Assembly (NCBI GenBank): GCA_963743305.1
Contig: CAVUPH010000017.1
Location: 75,073-139,072, forward strand
Direction of reading: 5' to 3'
Source of the DNA: an uncultured delta proteobacterium
GTDB taxonomy: Bacteria; Desulfobacterota; RBG-13-43-22
DNA length: 64,000 nt
Part shown: positions 40,226-50,751 of the stretch, piece by piece
Layout of the letters: each line of letters opens with the position of its first letter
Position numbering within the stretch: the first letter of the stretch is position 1
Program-made: the position numbers and the translations under genes
Notes under the pieces: model-generated
What the model was told of the DNA's origin: nothing
The model's database searches: none
Seen by the model: only the letters and a program-made list of their open reading frames with translations

Positions 40226-41761
40226 ATGAAAACCCAACCCCTGTTAGTTACCGGGTCAACCGGTTATGTGGGCGGCCGGCTGGTGCCTCAACTGCTGCAA
40301 GCGGGGTACCGGGTGCGGGCGCTGGGGCGTTCCCTTTCCAAACTGAAAGGACGCCCCTGGGGCAACCATCCTCTGGTGGAGTTGGCCCCCGGCGACGTGT
40401 TGGACCGGGCTTCCCTGGTGGAGGCTGGCCGCGGTTGCTGGGCGGCGTTCTACCTGGTCCACTCCATGATCGCCGACCCCAAAGGCTACACCGAGACCGA
40501 CCGGACAGCCGCTCAGAATATGGTGGAGGCGGCTTCCGCCACCGGTCTGAACCGGATCATCTATCTAGGAGGTTTGGGGGGGAAGGACGATCCCCATCTG
40601 AGCGAACATTTACGTTCCCGCTACGAAGTGGCCCGCATCCTGCAATCCGGCCCGGTCCCGACCACCTTTCTGCGGGCGGCCATGATCCTGGGCGCCGGAA
40701 GCGTTTCCTTTGAAATTCTCCGCTACCTGGTGGAGCGGTTGCCCATTATGATTACCCCGCGCTGGGTAGACACCCGGGTTCAGCCCATCGGCATTCGGAA
40801 TGTCCTCAATTACCTGCAGGGCTGTCTGGAGCACGAGGAGGTCCTGGGACAGACCTTTGATATCGGGGGGCCGGAAGTGATCAGCTACCGCCGGCTTTTT
40901 CAAATCTACGCCGAAGAGGCCGGCCTGCGAAAGCGGATCATCCTTCCGCTTCCTTTTTTTACGCCCAGCGTGAGTTCCTACTGGATCCATTTGATTACGC
41001 CGGTTCCTTCTTCCATCGCCCGGCCCCTGGCCGAAGGACTGCGCAACGCCGTCACCTGCCATGACAACCGCATCCGCGAGATTATCCCCCAGGAGCTGTT
41101 GGATTGCCGTCAGACCATCCGTCTGGCCCTGCAGCGGATTCAGCAGGAGCGGGTCGACACTTGCTGGATGGATGCCAGTGCGGCCATTACTCAGGAATGG
41201 ATCTATTGCGGGGACACGCCTTATGCGGGGGGGACGACCCTGGAGCTGGGATACACCATTCAGATTCAGGCTTCCCCGGAAGAGGTCTGGAAACCGTTGG
41301 AAAAAATCGGCGGGAAAACCGGCTGGTATTTCGGAACCGGACTCTGGAAAATCCGGGGCTGGTTCGACCGGTTCACCGGCGGAATCGGATTCCGGGCCGG
41401 GCGACGCCATCCTTCGGAATTGCGGCCCGGAGATGCCCTGGACTTCTGGCGGGTGCTGGAGGCCGTTCCGGGGGAACGCCTGCTGCTCCTGGCGGAAATG
41501 AAGGTCCCGGGACAAGCCCTGCTGGAGTTCAAGATCAAGCCCCTGGCCCAGGGGGTTACCGAACTGCAGCAGGTGGCCCGTTTCCTGCCCAAGGGGCTGG
41601 GTGGGATCCTCTACTGGTACAGCTTTGACCCCTTTCATCGCCTGCTGTATCCCCGGATGCTGAAAGCCATCGCCCGCTCCATCTCCCGGCCCATAGTTCG
41701 AGGGCCCGAAAGGGTGGCGGGCCGGAAAGATCCCCCACCCGGGAAGCGCCGGGAGAACTAG
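40226..41761 (+). CDS. YbjT-like atypical SDR with a DUF2867 domain
   Basis: VTGSTGYVGG, HLRSR, IGGKTGWY, LDFWRV and AEMKVPG. Confidence 0.88.
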   Translation: MKTQPLLVTGSTGYVGGRLVPQLLQAGYRVRALGRSLSKLKGRPWGNHPLVELAPGDVLDRASLVEAGRGCWAAFYLVHSMIADPKGYTETDRTAAQNMVEAASATGLNRIIYLGGLGGKDDPHLSEHLRSRYEVARILQSGPVPTTFLRAAMILGAGSVSFEILRYLVERLPIMITPRWVDTRVQPIGIRNVLNYLQGCLEHEEVLGQTFDIGGPEVISYRRLFQIYAEEAGLRKRIILPLPFFTPSVSSYWIHLITPVPSSIARPLAEGLRNAVTCHDNRIREIIPQELLDCRQTIRLALQRIQQERVDTCWMDASAAITQEWIYCGDTPYAGGTTLELGYTIQIQASPEEVWKPLEKIGGKTGWYFGTGLWKIRGWFDRFTGGIGFRAGRRHPSELRPGDALDFWRVLEAVPGERLLLLAEMKVPGQALLEFKIKPLAQGVTELQQVARFLPKGLGGILYWYSFDPFHRLLYPRMLKAIARSISRPIVRGPERVAGRKDPPPGKRREN

Positions 41762-41766
41762 CGCCC

Positions 41767-43116
41767 ATGCATCCGGAACGTCTTCGTCTTCTTAAAGAGG
41801 GCCCGACTGGAAAAGGACCGGTTATTTATTGGATGAGCCGCGACCAGCGGACCCGGGACAACTGGGCGCTGCTCTATGCCCAGGATCTGGCCGTTCGGGC
41901 CAAGGCCCCTCTGGTCGTGGTCTTTTGCCTGGTTCCGGAATTCCTGGGGGCGGCTCCACGTTCCTATGCCTTTATGCTGGAGGGGTTGCGGGGGGTGGAA
42001 AGCAACCTGGTGAAGCGGCGGATAGCTTTTCATCTTCTCCGGGGAACTCCGGAGGAGGTGCTGCCGCGCTTTACCCGGACGATCCAGGCCGGCGCCCTGG
42101 TTACGGATTTCGATCCTCTGCAACTCAAACGACTCTGGAAATCAGGCGTGGCCCGGCTAATTGAAATCCCCTTTTACGAAGTAGACGCCCACAATATTGT
42201 TCCCTGCTGGGTTGCTTCCCCTAAACAGGAATACGGGGCCTACACCCTGCGGCCCAAGATTCAACGGCTACTATCCGAATTTCTGGAAGACTTCCCCCCT
42301 TTAAGAAAACATCCTTTTTTCTTGAAGGAAGCAACGAAGGAAACCGACTGGCCCCGGGTGATAGCGGCCCTGGCGGCGGATCCCGCGGGCCTTTCGCTGA
42401 ACGCTTTCCGTTCCGGTGAAAAGGCCGCCCGACGGACCTTGAAGGCCTTTCTCGAAAACCGGTTACCCGCTTATGATCCCAACCGCAATGATCCTCTGGA
42501 AAACGGGCAGTCCGGCCTTTCACCGTACCTTCATTTCGGCCAGATTGCCGCCCAGCGGGTCGCCCGGGAAGTGCAGCAATGCGCCGCCCCGGCTCAATCC
42601 AAGAAAGCCTTTCTGGAGGAATTGATTGTCCGGCGCGAACTGGCGGACAATTTCTGCTTCTACAACCCCTGCTATGACCTCGTGGAAGGCTTCCCCGCCT
42701 GGGCCCGGGCCACCCTGGACCGGCACCGACGGGACCCGCGGGATTATCTGTACACTAGGAAACAATTCGAGCTGGCCCGAACCCACGACGACTTATGGAA
42801 CGCGGCGCAGCGGGAAATGGTCCGGACCGGCAAGATGCACGGTTATCTGCGCATGTACTGGGCCAAGAAGATCCTGGAATGGACGCCTTCACCGGAGGAA
42901 GCCCTGAAAATCGCCATCACCCTCAATGACCGCTACGAGCTGGACGGCCGCGACCCCAACGGCTACACCGGAATCGCCTGGAGCCTCGGCGGGGTCCACG
43001 ATCGCCCCTGGGGTGAACGCCCGATTTTCGGAAAAATTCGTTATCTGAGTTCCAACGGTTGCAAATCCAAGTTTGACGTGAAAGGGTATATCCAAAAGCA
43101 ATCCATCGACCAATAG
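41767..43116 (+). CDS. phr: Class II CPD photolyase
   Basis: YWMSRDQR..DNWAL, LSPYLHFGQ, GKMHGYLRMYWAKKILEW and DGRDPNG. Confidence 0.95.
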   Translation: MHPERLRLLKEGPTGKGPVIYWMSRDQRTRDNWALLYAQDLAVRAKAPLVVVFCLVPEFLGAAPRSYAFMLEGLRGVESNLVKRRIAFHLLRGTPEEVLPRFTRTIQAGALVTDFDPLQLKRLWKSGVARLIEIPFYEVDAHNIVPCWVASPKQEYGAYTLRPKIQRLLSEFLEDFPPLRKHPFFLKEATKETDWPRVIAALAADPAGLSLNAFRSGEKAARRTLKAFLENRLPAYDPNRNDPLENGQSGLSPYLHFGQIAAQRVAREVQQCAAPAQSKKAFLEELIVRRELADNFCFYNPCYDLVEGFPAWARATLDRHRRDPRDYLYTRKQFELARTHDDLWNAAQREMVRTGKMHGYLRMYWAKKILEWTPSPEEALKIAITLNDRYELDGRDPNGYTGIAWSLGGVHDRPWGERPIFGKIRYLSSNGCKSKFDVKGYIQKQSIDQ

Positions 43117-43125
43117 CGAGGTTAC

Positions 43126-44081
43126 ATGGGGATGGCATCAAAAATTAGAATAGGAATCAGTTCTTGTCTGTTGGGCAATGCCGTGCGCTACGACGGCGGT
43201 CACAAGGGGGACCGGTTTTTGACCGATACCCTGGGCCGGTACGTGGATTTTGTGGCGGTCTGCCCGGAGGTGGAAGTCGGGTTAGGCATTCCCCGGGAGG
43301 CCATGCGGCTGGTGGGGGATTTGAGCCGCCCCCGTTTGCTGACCGTTCGCAGCCGGATCGATCATACGGAACGGATGAGGGACTGGGCCAAAAAAAGGGT
43401 GAAAGAACTGGAAAAGGAGGGTTTGTGCGGGTTCATCTTTAAAAGCGATTCTCCCAGCAGCGGCCTGGAACGGGTGAAGGTTTACGATCAAAAGGGGATG
43501 CCGGTGAAAAAGGGGGTGGGTCTCTTCGCCCAAGTGTTTAGAGACCATTTTCCCCTGTTGCCGGTAGAAGACGAAGGGCGCCTCCATGATCCCCTGCTGC
43601 GGGAAAATTTTATCGAGAGTATTTTTATCTGGAAGCGTTGGCGGGAGATGGGCGAGCAAAAAGAGGCAAGGGCGGATTGGTCGATTTTCACAGCCGTCAC
43701 AAACTGCTGATCATGGCCCACAGCCCCAAGCACTATCAGACCCTGGGGCAATTGGTGGCCCAGGGCCAGGGGCTTTCGCTGGACGATTTGCTTCTTGAAT
43801 ACCAGAAAACGCTTTCCTCGGCTTTAAGACAAAAACCTACGAACAAGAAAAACGTCAATGTGCTGCAACATATTTTGGGATATTTTAAAAAGGATCTTGC
43901 GCCGGATGAGAAGCAAGAGGCTCTGGAATGTATCGAAAATTACGCGCGAGGGTTCGTGCCCCTGATCGTTCCGGTTACGCTGATGAATCATTATATCCGC
44001 AAATATCAGCAGCCGTATTTAAAAGACCAGTATTATTTGAATCCCCATCCCCTGGAGCTGCAGTTGCGGAATCATGTCTGA
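43126..44081 (+). CDS. DUF523 (TudS-like) + DUF1722 (YbgA) protein; frameshift at ~43660
   Basis: GISSCLLG..VRYDGGH, CPE, SPSSG and EDEGRL; FHSRHKLLIMAH and NVLQHILGYFK. Confidence 0.9.
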
Positions 44082-44170
44082 GACCGGGAGGAAAGAAGTC
44101 TTTCGCCCTTAGTCCGTCCAGCAGTCCGAAAGCAGGCGCTCCGGGCAGTCAGAGCGAAGCGACGAAAAGA

Positions 44171-44659
44171 TCAGACCTGAAACTCCAGAACCTCCTGAAA
44201 TTGGGATACCACGATATAGTTCTCTGTTCTTATTTTGATCAAGGCGCTGTCCGGGGCGTCAACAAAGGCTGAGAGGTGAGGGTGTTTGGACAGGAAAAGC
44301 TTCCTGAAAGCTGGTCTTTCTTCCGGGGAGACTTCTTCGGCTGCCCCCAGAGCCGTAACCGAAAAAGCCTCTTGAAAATCAACGGCCCGGTTGGATCGGT
44401 TGTCCATCAGCAGGGAAACCCGGCCGTCGGCCATCAGGTTATGATATTTACGGGTTATTTTGGAGGTCGCCACGACCAAGGTTTTCAAGTCCGGAGTGGC
44501 GGCGAAGGCCATCAGACTCAGGTAGGGGCGGTGAATCTCTGGGGTGGCCAGCACCGCCAAGCGCTGCCGGGCGAATAATTCCCGGACCTGGTTCTTGGCG
44601 TTGAAAACCCTTCCCTGACGATTGTCGTCCGACACGGCTTTATCCCTCTTGTTCATCAA
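44171..44659 (-). CDS. Pyridoxamine 5'-phosphate oxidase-like FMN-binding protein
   Basis: LAVLAT..PYLSLMAF..TRKYHNL..VSLLMDNR. Confidence 0.85.
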   Translation of the reverse strand: MMNKRDKAVSDDNRQGRVFNAKNQVRELFARQRLAVLATPEIHRPYLSLMAFAATPDLKTLVVATSKITRKYHNLMADGRVSLLMDNRSNRAVDFQEAFSVTALGAAEEVSPEERPAFRKLFLSKHPHLSAFVDAPDSALIKIRTENYIVVSQFQEVLEFQV

Positions 44660-44707
44660 ATGTTAGGGATAAATTCTCAGGTTGAAAGGTATAGGCACCT
44701 GGCGGGG

Positions 44708-44742
44708 TTGAGCAGAAGCGGGGACGCCCCGCTTCTGCTCAA
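44708..44742. terminator. Perfect 16 bp hairpin downstream of the HU gene
   Basis: TTGAGCAGAAGCGGGG-ACG-CCCCGCTTCTGCTCAA; no clear U-tract. Confidence 0.45.
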
Positions 44743-44955
44743 TACTGCTTATCCCATTTGTTGGCAGGAGGGTTGAAACCGGCAAGGTCTTCCGGTGGTG
44801 GTCCGATTCCCTCTCAATTGAAAAAGGTCGATCTGCTTTAGGCCCCGGGCAAACTATCCATTCGATGCGGGCTTCGGAGGAAGATGCGGCTTTGGGAACT
44901 TTAAATCCCTTTGCCCGTGAGCTTAGGCCGATTAAGCGGAAAATGATAAATGCGC

Positions 44956-45264
44956 TTATTTCTTTTTTGCCGGGACGACGGCATCCTTAAAAGCTTTGGC
45001 CATGCGCATTTTAATAACGGTCTTGGCCGGAATTTTGATGGGTTCGCCGGTTTGAGGATTCCGACCGGTTCGGGCTTTGCGTTTGGAAAGGACGAGTTTG
45101 CCGATGCCGTGAAGTGTAAAAGCCCCGGTTTTCTTGGTTTCAGTGACAGCCAGGCTGGCCAATTCATCCAGGACGGCATTGGCCGTGCTTTTGGTCAATT
45201 GAAATTTTTCGGCGAAATAAGCCACCGCTTGCGCCTTGGTCATGGGTTTTTTGGGGGTCGCCAT
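44956..45264 (-). CDS. hup: HU family DNA-binding protein
   Basis: RKARTGRNPQTGEPIKIPAK; AAGGAGG RBS. Confidence 0.92.
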   Translation of the reverse strand: MATPKKPMTKAQAVAYFAEKFQLTKSTANAVLDELASLAVTETKKTGAFTLHGIGKLVLSKRKARTGRNPQTGEPIKIPAKTVIKMRMAKAFKDAVVPAKKK

Positions 45265-45407
45265 ACTTTTTTTCCTCCTTTAATGGGATTTAGGTAATAA
45301 ATAGTTGAATTTTATAATGGGAAAAGCCGGTTCGGTCAAGAAAAAAATAGAACCCGGACAGGAAAAAAGATTTTACTTCAATCGCTGAACTCGAAGATAA
45401 TAGCTAA

Positions 45408-46073
45408 ATGATCGCGAATTCGGATTTGGAAGAGCAGCCAGTCACCGGCATTCTCTTGATGGCGGGGTTAGCGAGCCGCCTGGGTTTTCCCAAGGCCCTG
45501 CTGCCTTATGGGCGGAAGGTTCTGGTAGAGCAGGTTTTAGAGCAGACCCTGGCGTCCCGATTGGACCGGGTGATCCTGGTCCTGGGCTGTCAGGCGCCTA
45601 GGATCCTTTCGGCCCTTCGATCTTTTGCGAGGATCCCCAGGCTGGAAATCGTGGTCAACCAGCGGTACGACCGGGGTTTAAGCAGCTCTATCCGGGCCGG
45701 GTTGCGGTTTTTGGACCCTTCTTCCCAAGGAGCGATGTTTATTCTCGGGGACCAGCCCCTTTTAAGAACCGCAACCATTAATCGCTTGATTCAGACCTTC
45801 AGAAGGAACCATTTTCCTATCGTGGTCCCGCTTTATGGCGGGCGGCCTGGAAACCCGGTCATTTTCGGGCGGGCGTTGCTGCCCGAGCTGCAACGCCTGC
45901 GCGGCGACACCGGCGGCCGGGAAATTATCAGGAAAAATCCGGATCGGGTTCTGACCATCCCGATACGCCCCCAATATATCGGCTGGGATGTGGACACCTG
46001 GGAGGATTATGCTCGAACCCGGAGGTTCTTTTCTCCCACCAGTGAAAAACCGATTTTCAGAGGTGACTCCTGA
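45408..46073 (+). CDS. Molybdenum cofactor cytidylyltransferase-like nucleotidyltransferase
   Basis: LMAGLASRLG.PKALL, GLSSSI, LGDQP, GNPVIF, GDTGGR and DVDT. Confidence 0.85.
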   Translation: MIANSDLEEQPVTGILLMAGLASRLGFPKALLPYGRKVLVEQVLEQTLASRLDRVILVLGCQAPRILSALRSFARIPRLEIVVNQRYDRGLSSSIRAGLRFLDPSSQGAMFILGDQPLLRTATINRLIQTFRRNHFPIVVPLYGGRPGNPVIFGRALLPELQRLRGDTGGREIIRKNPDRVLTIPIRPQYIGWDVDTWEDYARTRRFFSPTSEKPIFRGDS

Positions 46074-48640
46074 TCAGGATATTTCTTCTTTTAATCCGGA
46101 GGCATTATTCCCAGGCTTGGAGACAATCGGGATTGACGATCCTGGGACTGGGATTAGGGGTTTCCGTTTTTATCAGCATCCATTTGGCGGTGGGCGCCTG
46201 CCTATCCTCTTTCAAAAGCACCGCCCAGGCCGTTTCCGGTCTGGCCCAATGGCAGATTATTCAAGAAGGCCGCGGTTTGGATGAAGGCCTTTTCCCGGTC
46301 ATTAAGGCCCACCCGGCTGTCCAGGCGGCCGCCCCGGTGGTAGAGCTCCAGGTCCCCCTTCAAAATCACCCCGGCCTGGTCCTCTGGATTATGGGGGTGG
46401 ATTTTTTCAATGAAGCCCAGGTTCGTACCCACGCCCCTTCGCTGACCTCGTTGCGGGAACCGGATTTCTTGTCCCTTATTCTTAGCCCCCGGGCCATCGC
46501 TTTGAGCAGGGACCTGGCCCGGCGATTAACGGTCCGACCGGGTTCATCTCTGGGCGTTTTGATCAACGGACACCCACAAACCCTTAGGGTGACCGCCTTG
46601 ATCGACCCGGAGGGTCCGGCCCGGGCACTGGGGGGCCATTTTGGGGTAATGGATATCGCCCAGGCGCAGGAATTAATGGGGAAAATCGGACGACTGGATC
46701 GCATCGATCTGGTGTTGAAGCCAGAATATCCACCGACCGCTGCGATCGAAAGTCTGCAAAAAATGCTGCCTCCCGGGGCCTCCCTCCTTCAGCCCTCAGA
46801 ACGCCAGGCGGGTACGGAACGTATGGTGCGCTCCTACCAGCTTAACCTGCTGGCCCTGAGCTTCATCGCCGTCCTGGTCAGCATGTATCTGATGTACAAT
46901 GTGACCGCACTTTCGGTGGTTCGCCGCAGGAAAGATCTGGGCATACTCCGGTCCTTGGGGATGTTGCCGAAGCAGATCCTGCATTTAATTCTTTGGGAGT
47001 CGGCCGGATACGGGCTGCTGGGGGGACTCTTGGGCATCGGAGGCGGCTATCTGCTGGCCCGGGTGATCCTGGGGACCATCAGTCAAACCATCAGCGACCT
47101 CTATGTGCTGGTGGGGGTAACGGAAATACCTTTTAGGCTGCCGGAAATGGCTTTGTTCCTGGTGGGAGCCGTTGGGGTGGCGCTGGTCTCGGCCTACGTT
47201 CCGGCTCGGCAGGCCTCGCGTTTGCAGCCCCGGGAGATCATCTCCCAGGGGCCGGGGACTCTCTCCCCACCGCCATCCCGGAAGGGAAGTTTTTTTTGGG
47301 CCGGATCGATCCTGTTGATCCTAACCGGTTTACTCCTTTTTATCCCGCCCTGGCAGGGGCTGCCCTTGGGGGGTCTGCTGGCCACCCTCACTTTGATCCT
47401 GGGATTTTCATTGTGGCTTTCCCCCGTAACCCACAAAATCCTGACCCTCATTACTCCGGCCCCAGCCAAACGGAGGAAACGCCGGAATCATCGGTATTTG
47501 GGCTATCTCTATTTTGATTATGCCTTGGATAAAATGGCGGTCTCGATGGCGGCTTTAATGACGGCCATCGCCATGCTGATCAGCGTTTCCATTATGATCA
47601 ACAGCTTCCGCCAAACGGTAGACCAATGGATTGATCAATCCATCAGCGGGGACCTGCTGGTCGGTCCGGTTTTTCCCTCCAATCAGGGCGATTTTCAGTT
47701 TTTAGAGCCGGAGGTCATTGCGGGGATCGAAAGGCGGGCGGAGGTAAAGGATATTTACTACTATCGAAGCGTTCTGACGGCTTCCCAGGGCCGGCCGATC
47801 CGCCTCTGGGCCGGTAATCTAGCGGTCATTGAGCGGTACAGTCGGTTGGCGTTCACCGCTGGAAATCCCGAAGAAATCTACCGGCAGGTCTTATCCCGGG
47901 AGGCAGTGATCCTCTCGGAGGTTTTAGCCAATCGGCTAAAGGTCGGGCCCGGGGACTCGGTTACCCTGTTAACCGCCTTTGGGCCTCACTCCTTTAGGAT
48001 CGCCGGGGTTTTTTACGATTATCGGACCGAGGGTGGCGGGGTTTGGATCGATCGGGCGGTTTTTTTAAAATGGTGGCAGGATGAAAGGGTCAACGGGGTG
48101 CGTCTTTATTTAAAGGATCCCGGCCGGCTGTCCCAAGTCCGGGAATCGTTGTTAAAGCAGTTCTCCGACCGCTATGAACTGGTGGTTATTTCTCACCGGG
48201 AGCTGCGGGAACAAATACTGCGGATTTTTGACCAGACTTTTCAAGTTACCTATGCCCTGGAGGCAATCGCCATCCTGGTGGCCTTCCTGGGCATTATCCA
48301 CACCAGTTCCATCTTGATTCTTTTCCGGGAAAAGGAGTTTGGAATTTATAAAGCGCTCGGGGCATCGCCCGGGCAGGTCCGAATAATGGTTCTCACGGAA
48401 ACCGGGCTGATGGGTTTTTTTTCGTTTCTCTGGGGTGGATTGTCCGGGACCTTATTGTCCCTCATTTTGATCCTGGTGATTAACAAGCAGTCCTTTGGCT
48501 GGACGATTCAATTGCACTGGTCATTGGGTGTTTATGGGCAGACCCTGATCCTCATCCTGATCAGTTCTGTCTTAGCCGGACTGGTCCCGGCTTCCATCGC
48601 CCTGCGAACTAAAATGGAACAGCAGATTCGGGATGAATGA
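46070..48640 (+). CDS. FtsX/MacB-like ABC permease (AttF/G type); start uncertain
   Basis: Two periplasmic plus TM repeats; MDIAQAQ, RRKDLGILRSLG and INKQSFGWT. Confidence 0.85.
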   Translation: MIRIFLLLIRRHYSQAWRQSGLTILGLGLGVSVFISIHLAVGACLSSFKSTAQAVSGLAQWQIIQEGRGLDEGLFPVIKAHPAVQAAAPVVELQVPLQNHPGLVLWIMGVDFFNEAQVRTHAPSLTSLREPDFLSLILSPRAIALSRDLARRLTVRPGSSLGVLINGHPQTLRVTALIDPEGPARALGGHFGVMDIAQAQELMGKIGRLDRIDLVLKPEYPPTAAIESLQKMLPPGASLLQPSERQAGTERMVRSYQLNLLALSFIAVLVSMYLMYNVTALSVVRRRKDLGILRSLGMLPKQILHLILWESAGYGLLGGLLGIGGGYLLARVILGTISQTISDLYVLVGVTEIPFRLPEMALFLVGAVGVALVSAYVPARQASRLQPREIISQGPGTLSPPPSRKGSFFWAGSILLILTGLLLFIPPWQGLPLGGLLATLTLILGFSLWLSPVTHKILTLITPAPAKRRKRRNHRYLGYLYFDYALDKMAVSMAALMTAIAMLISVSIMINSFRQTVDQWIDQSISGDLLVGPVFPSNQGDFQFLEPEVIAGIERRAEVKDIYYYRSVLTASQGRPIRLWAGNLAVIERYSRLAFTAGNPEEIYRQVLSREAVILSEVLANRLKVGPGDSVTLLTAFGPHSFRIAGVFYDYRTEGGGVWIDRAVFLKWWQDERVNGVRLYLKDPGRLSQVRESLLKQFSDRYELVVISHRELREQILRIFDQTFQVTYALEAIAILVAFLGIIHTSSILILFREKEFGIYKALGASPGQVRIMVLTETGLMGFFSFLWGGLSGTLLSLILILVINKQSFGWTIQLHWSLGVYGQTLILILISSVLAGLVPASIALRTKMEQQIRDE

Positions 48641-48718
48641 ACCTTTGGAAAACCCTTTGGCCGTTCCCCGCAGCTTTAGCGGATAGACCGGTGGACCCAC
48701 CCAAAAGGGAGAAGCGTC
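48641..48718 (+). repeat. Degenerate 3' fragment of the 330 nt element (copy C)
   Basis: ACCTTTGGAAAACCCTTTGGCCG...ACCCACCCAAAAGGGAGAAGCGTC. Confidence 0.65.
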
Positions 48719-48762
48719 GAAAAAATAGTCGAAAGAATATTAAGGATCGAAGGAAGAACTAA

Positions 48763-49882
48763 ATGAAACGGTGGGGAATCATTGGCGCTATTTTTTTTGT
48801 AGGCCTCGTTTGGCAGTGGCTAAGCCCGGGGCAGGACCAGGCAGCCGAGGGGTTCAAGCCGGCCTTGCCGGGGAGGGCCTTTGTCTTTCCCGAGGATCAC
48901 CGGGTCCACCGGGATTATAAAACCGAGTGGTGGTACTATAACGGCCAGTTGCAGGACGCCGAAGGTCGTCGTTACGGGTATCAACTGACTTTTTTTCGTG
49001 TGGGGATAAGACCCGGTCCGGTTTCCAGCCAGGGATCCCGCTGGCGTGTTCGAGAGGTCTACCTGGCCCATTTGGCCGTCACCGATGTCGATCGGAAAAG
49101 ATTTTCTTATGCCGAAAAAATCAGTCGGGGGAATCTAGGTTTAGCCGGAGCGGAAACCGGACGCTATCGGGTCTGGATAGAGGATTGGAGCGTGGGCGAA
49201 GAGGGGAAGGCCCAGGTTTTAAGAGCCGGTGACCGGAGTTTGGGCTTGGTACCTTCAGACTTTTCCTGGGAATCCACCCGTGATCCATGGGACGGACGGG
49301 ATCAGCCGGAAAGGGGCTGGAACCGGGCAGGCTTCCCATTACTATTCCCTAACCCGAATGGCCACTCGGGGGCAGATCACCCTCAACGGGAGATCGGTTA
49401 AAGTTCAGGGGCTAAGCTGGATGGATCACGAGTTCGGGAGCAACCAGCTTCAGCCCGGCCAGATCGGCTGGGACTGGTTTTCCTTGAACCTGGGGGATCA
49501 GGCGGAATTAATGCTCTATCAGATTCGAGAAGGGAATGGACAAATCGGTCCGTATTCCAGCGGAACGATGGTCTCCAGGGGCAGGATTCTCCAATCGTTA
49601 TCCCGGCGGGATTTTTCCATTGAGGTGCTTAGGACCTGGAAAAGTCCCCACAGTCAGGCTACCTATCCGGCAGGCTGGCAGATCGCTATCCCCCGACAAC
49701 AGCTAATCCTGCGGTTGACGCCGGTATTGGACGACCAGGAGTTGATGACCATGAAAAGCACCCGGGTGACTTATTGGGAGGGCCTGGTGGACGCGGAGGG
49801 AACCTATCGGGGACAGCCCATCAAAGGCCAGGGCTATGTGGAGATGACCGGATACGATCGGCGTTTCGCGCCCCGCTTGTGA
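48763..49882 (+). CDS. AttH/CrtC-like lipocalin-fold protein; frameshift at ~49255
   Basis: EWWYYNG, YQLTFFR, WMDHEF, GWDWF, YWEG and GYVEMTGY. Confidence 0.88.
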
Positions 49883-49893
49883 CCAAAAAAAGC

Positions 49894-49921
49894 TTGACAA
49901 TTAAGGTAGTTTAAATAAGAT
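49894..49921 (+). promoter_or_regulatory. Candidate sigma70 promoter
   Basis: TTGACA-16 nt-TAAGAT. Confidence 0.5.
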
Positions 49922-50009
49922 GAAACCGTCCAAAAAGACGGTTGAAAAGGTCAAAAAGCTCTTCGTGAGCTAAATAATCAAATCATAACGCGAGTGGAGG
50001 TAAAAACCT

Positions 50010-50678
50010 ATGTTAATTAAAGGGTGGATGACCAGCGATGTCATGACCATTGATGAAGACACCTCGATGATGAAAGCCTCACAAATTATGAAGGAGAATA
50101 ATATCCGCCGGCTGCCGGTCATGCATAAAGGCAAGTTAGTGGGTATGATTACCGACCGGGATATCAAGGAAGCCTCTCCCTCCAAAGCCACCACCTTGGA
50201 TGTCCACGAACTGTATTATTTGCTCTCCGAGTTAAAGGTTAAAGACATTATGAGTAAAAACGTCTTCACCATCGGTCCGGAAGAAACGGTGGAGAAGGCG
50301 GCCGTGAAGATGCTGGAGCACCGGATATCCGGACTTCCGGTGGTCAACGATAAGGGGAAGGTCGTCGGGATGATTACCCAAGGGGATATTTTTAAAGTCC
50401 TGGTTTCGCTGACCGGGATTTATCGCGGCGGAATTCAATTTGCCTTCAATTTAGAGGATCGTCCGGGATCGATTAAAGAGGTGGGCGACCTGATCCGGAA
50501 GCACGGCGGAAGGATGGTCAGCATTTTAACCTCTTACGACATGTGCGATGAGGGCTGCCGCCATGTCTATATTCGGATCAAGGATATTCCTGAGGATAAA
50601 CTAAAGGCCTTGACCGATGATTTGGATAAGAATTTTATCCTCCTCTATACGGTTCAGGATTCGCTGAAAGACGTCTAA
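50010..50678 (+). CDS. CBS-pair + ACT domain protein (AcuB family)
   Basis: IRRLPV..GMITDRDIKEASPSKATTLD and EDRPG. Confidence 0.9.
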   Translation: MLIKGWMTSDVMTIDEDTSMMKASQIMKENNIRRLPVMHKGKLVGMITDRDIKEASPSKATTLDVHELYYLLSELKVKDIMSKNVFTIGPEETVEKAAVKMLEHRISGLPVVNDKGKVVGMITQGDIFKVLVSLTGIYRGGIQFAFNLEDRPGSIKEVGDLIRKHGGRMVSILTSYDMCDEGCRHVYIRIKDIPEDKLKALTDDLDKNFILLYTVQDSLKDV

Positions 50679-50705
50679 TTTTTTAAAAATTTATTTTGAG
50701 CCCTG

Positions 50706-50751
50706 AGCCCCGTATTCTTCTTCCAGAGAAAGAATACGGGGCTTTGTTTTT
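50706..50751. terminator. Intrinsic terminator between convergent genes
   Basis: AGCCCCGTATTCTT..AAGAATACGGGGCT followed by a T-rich tract. Confidence 0.8.
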
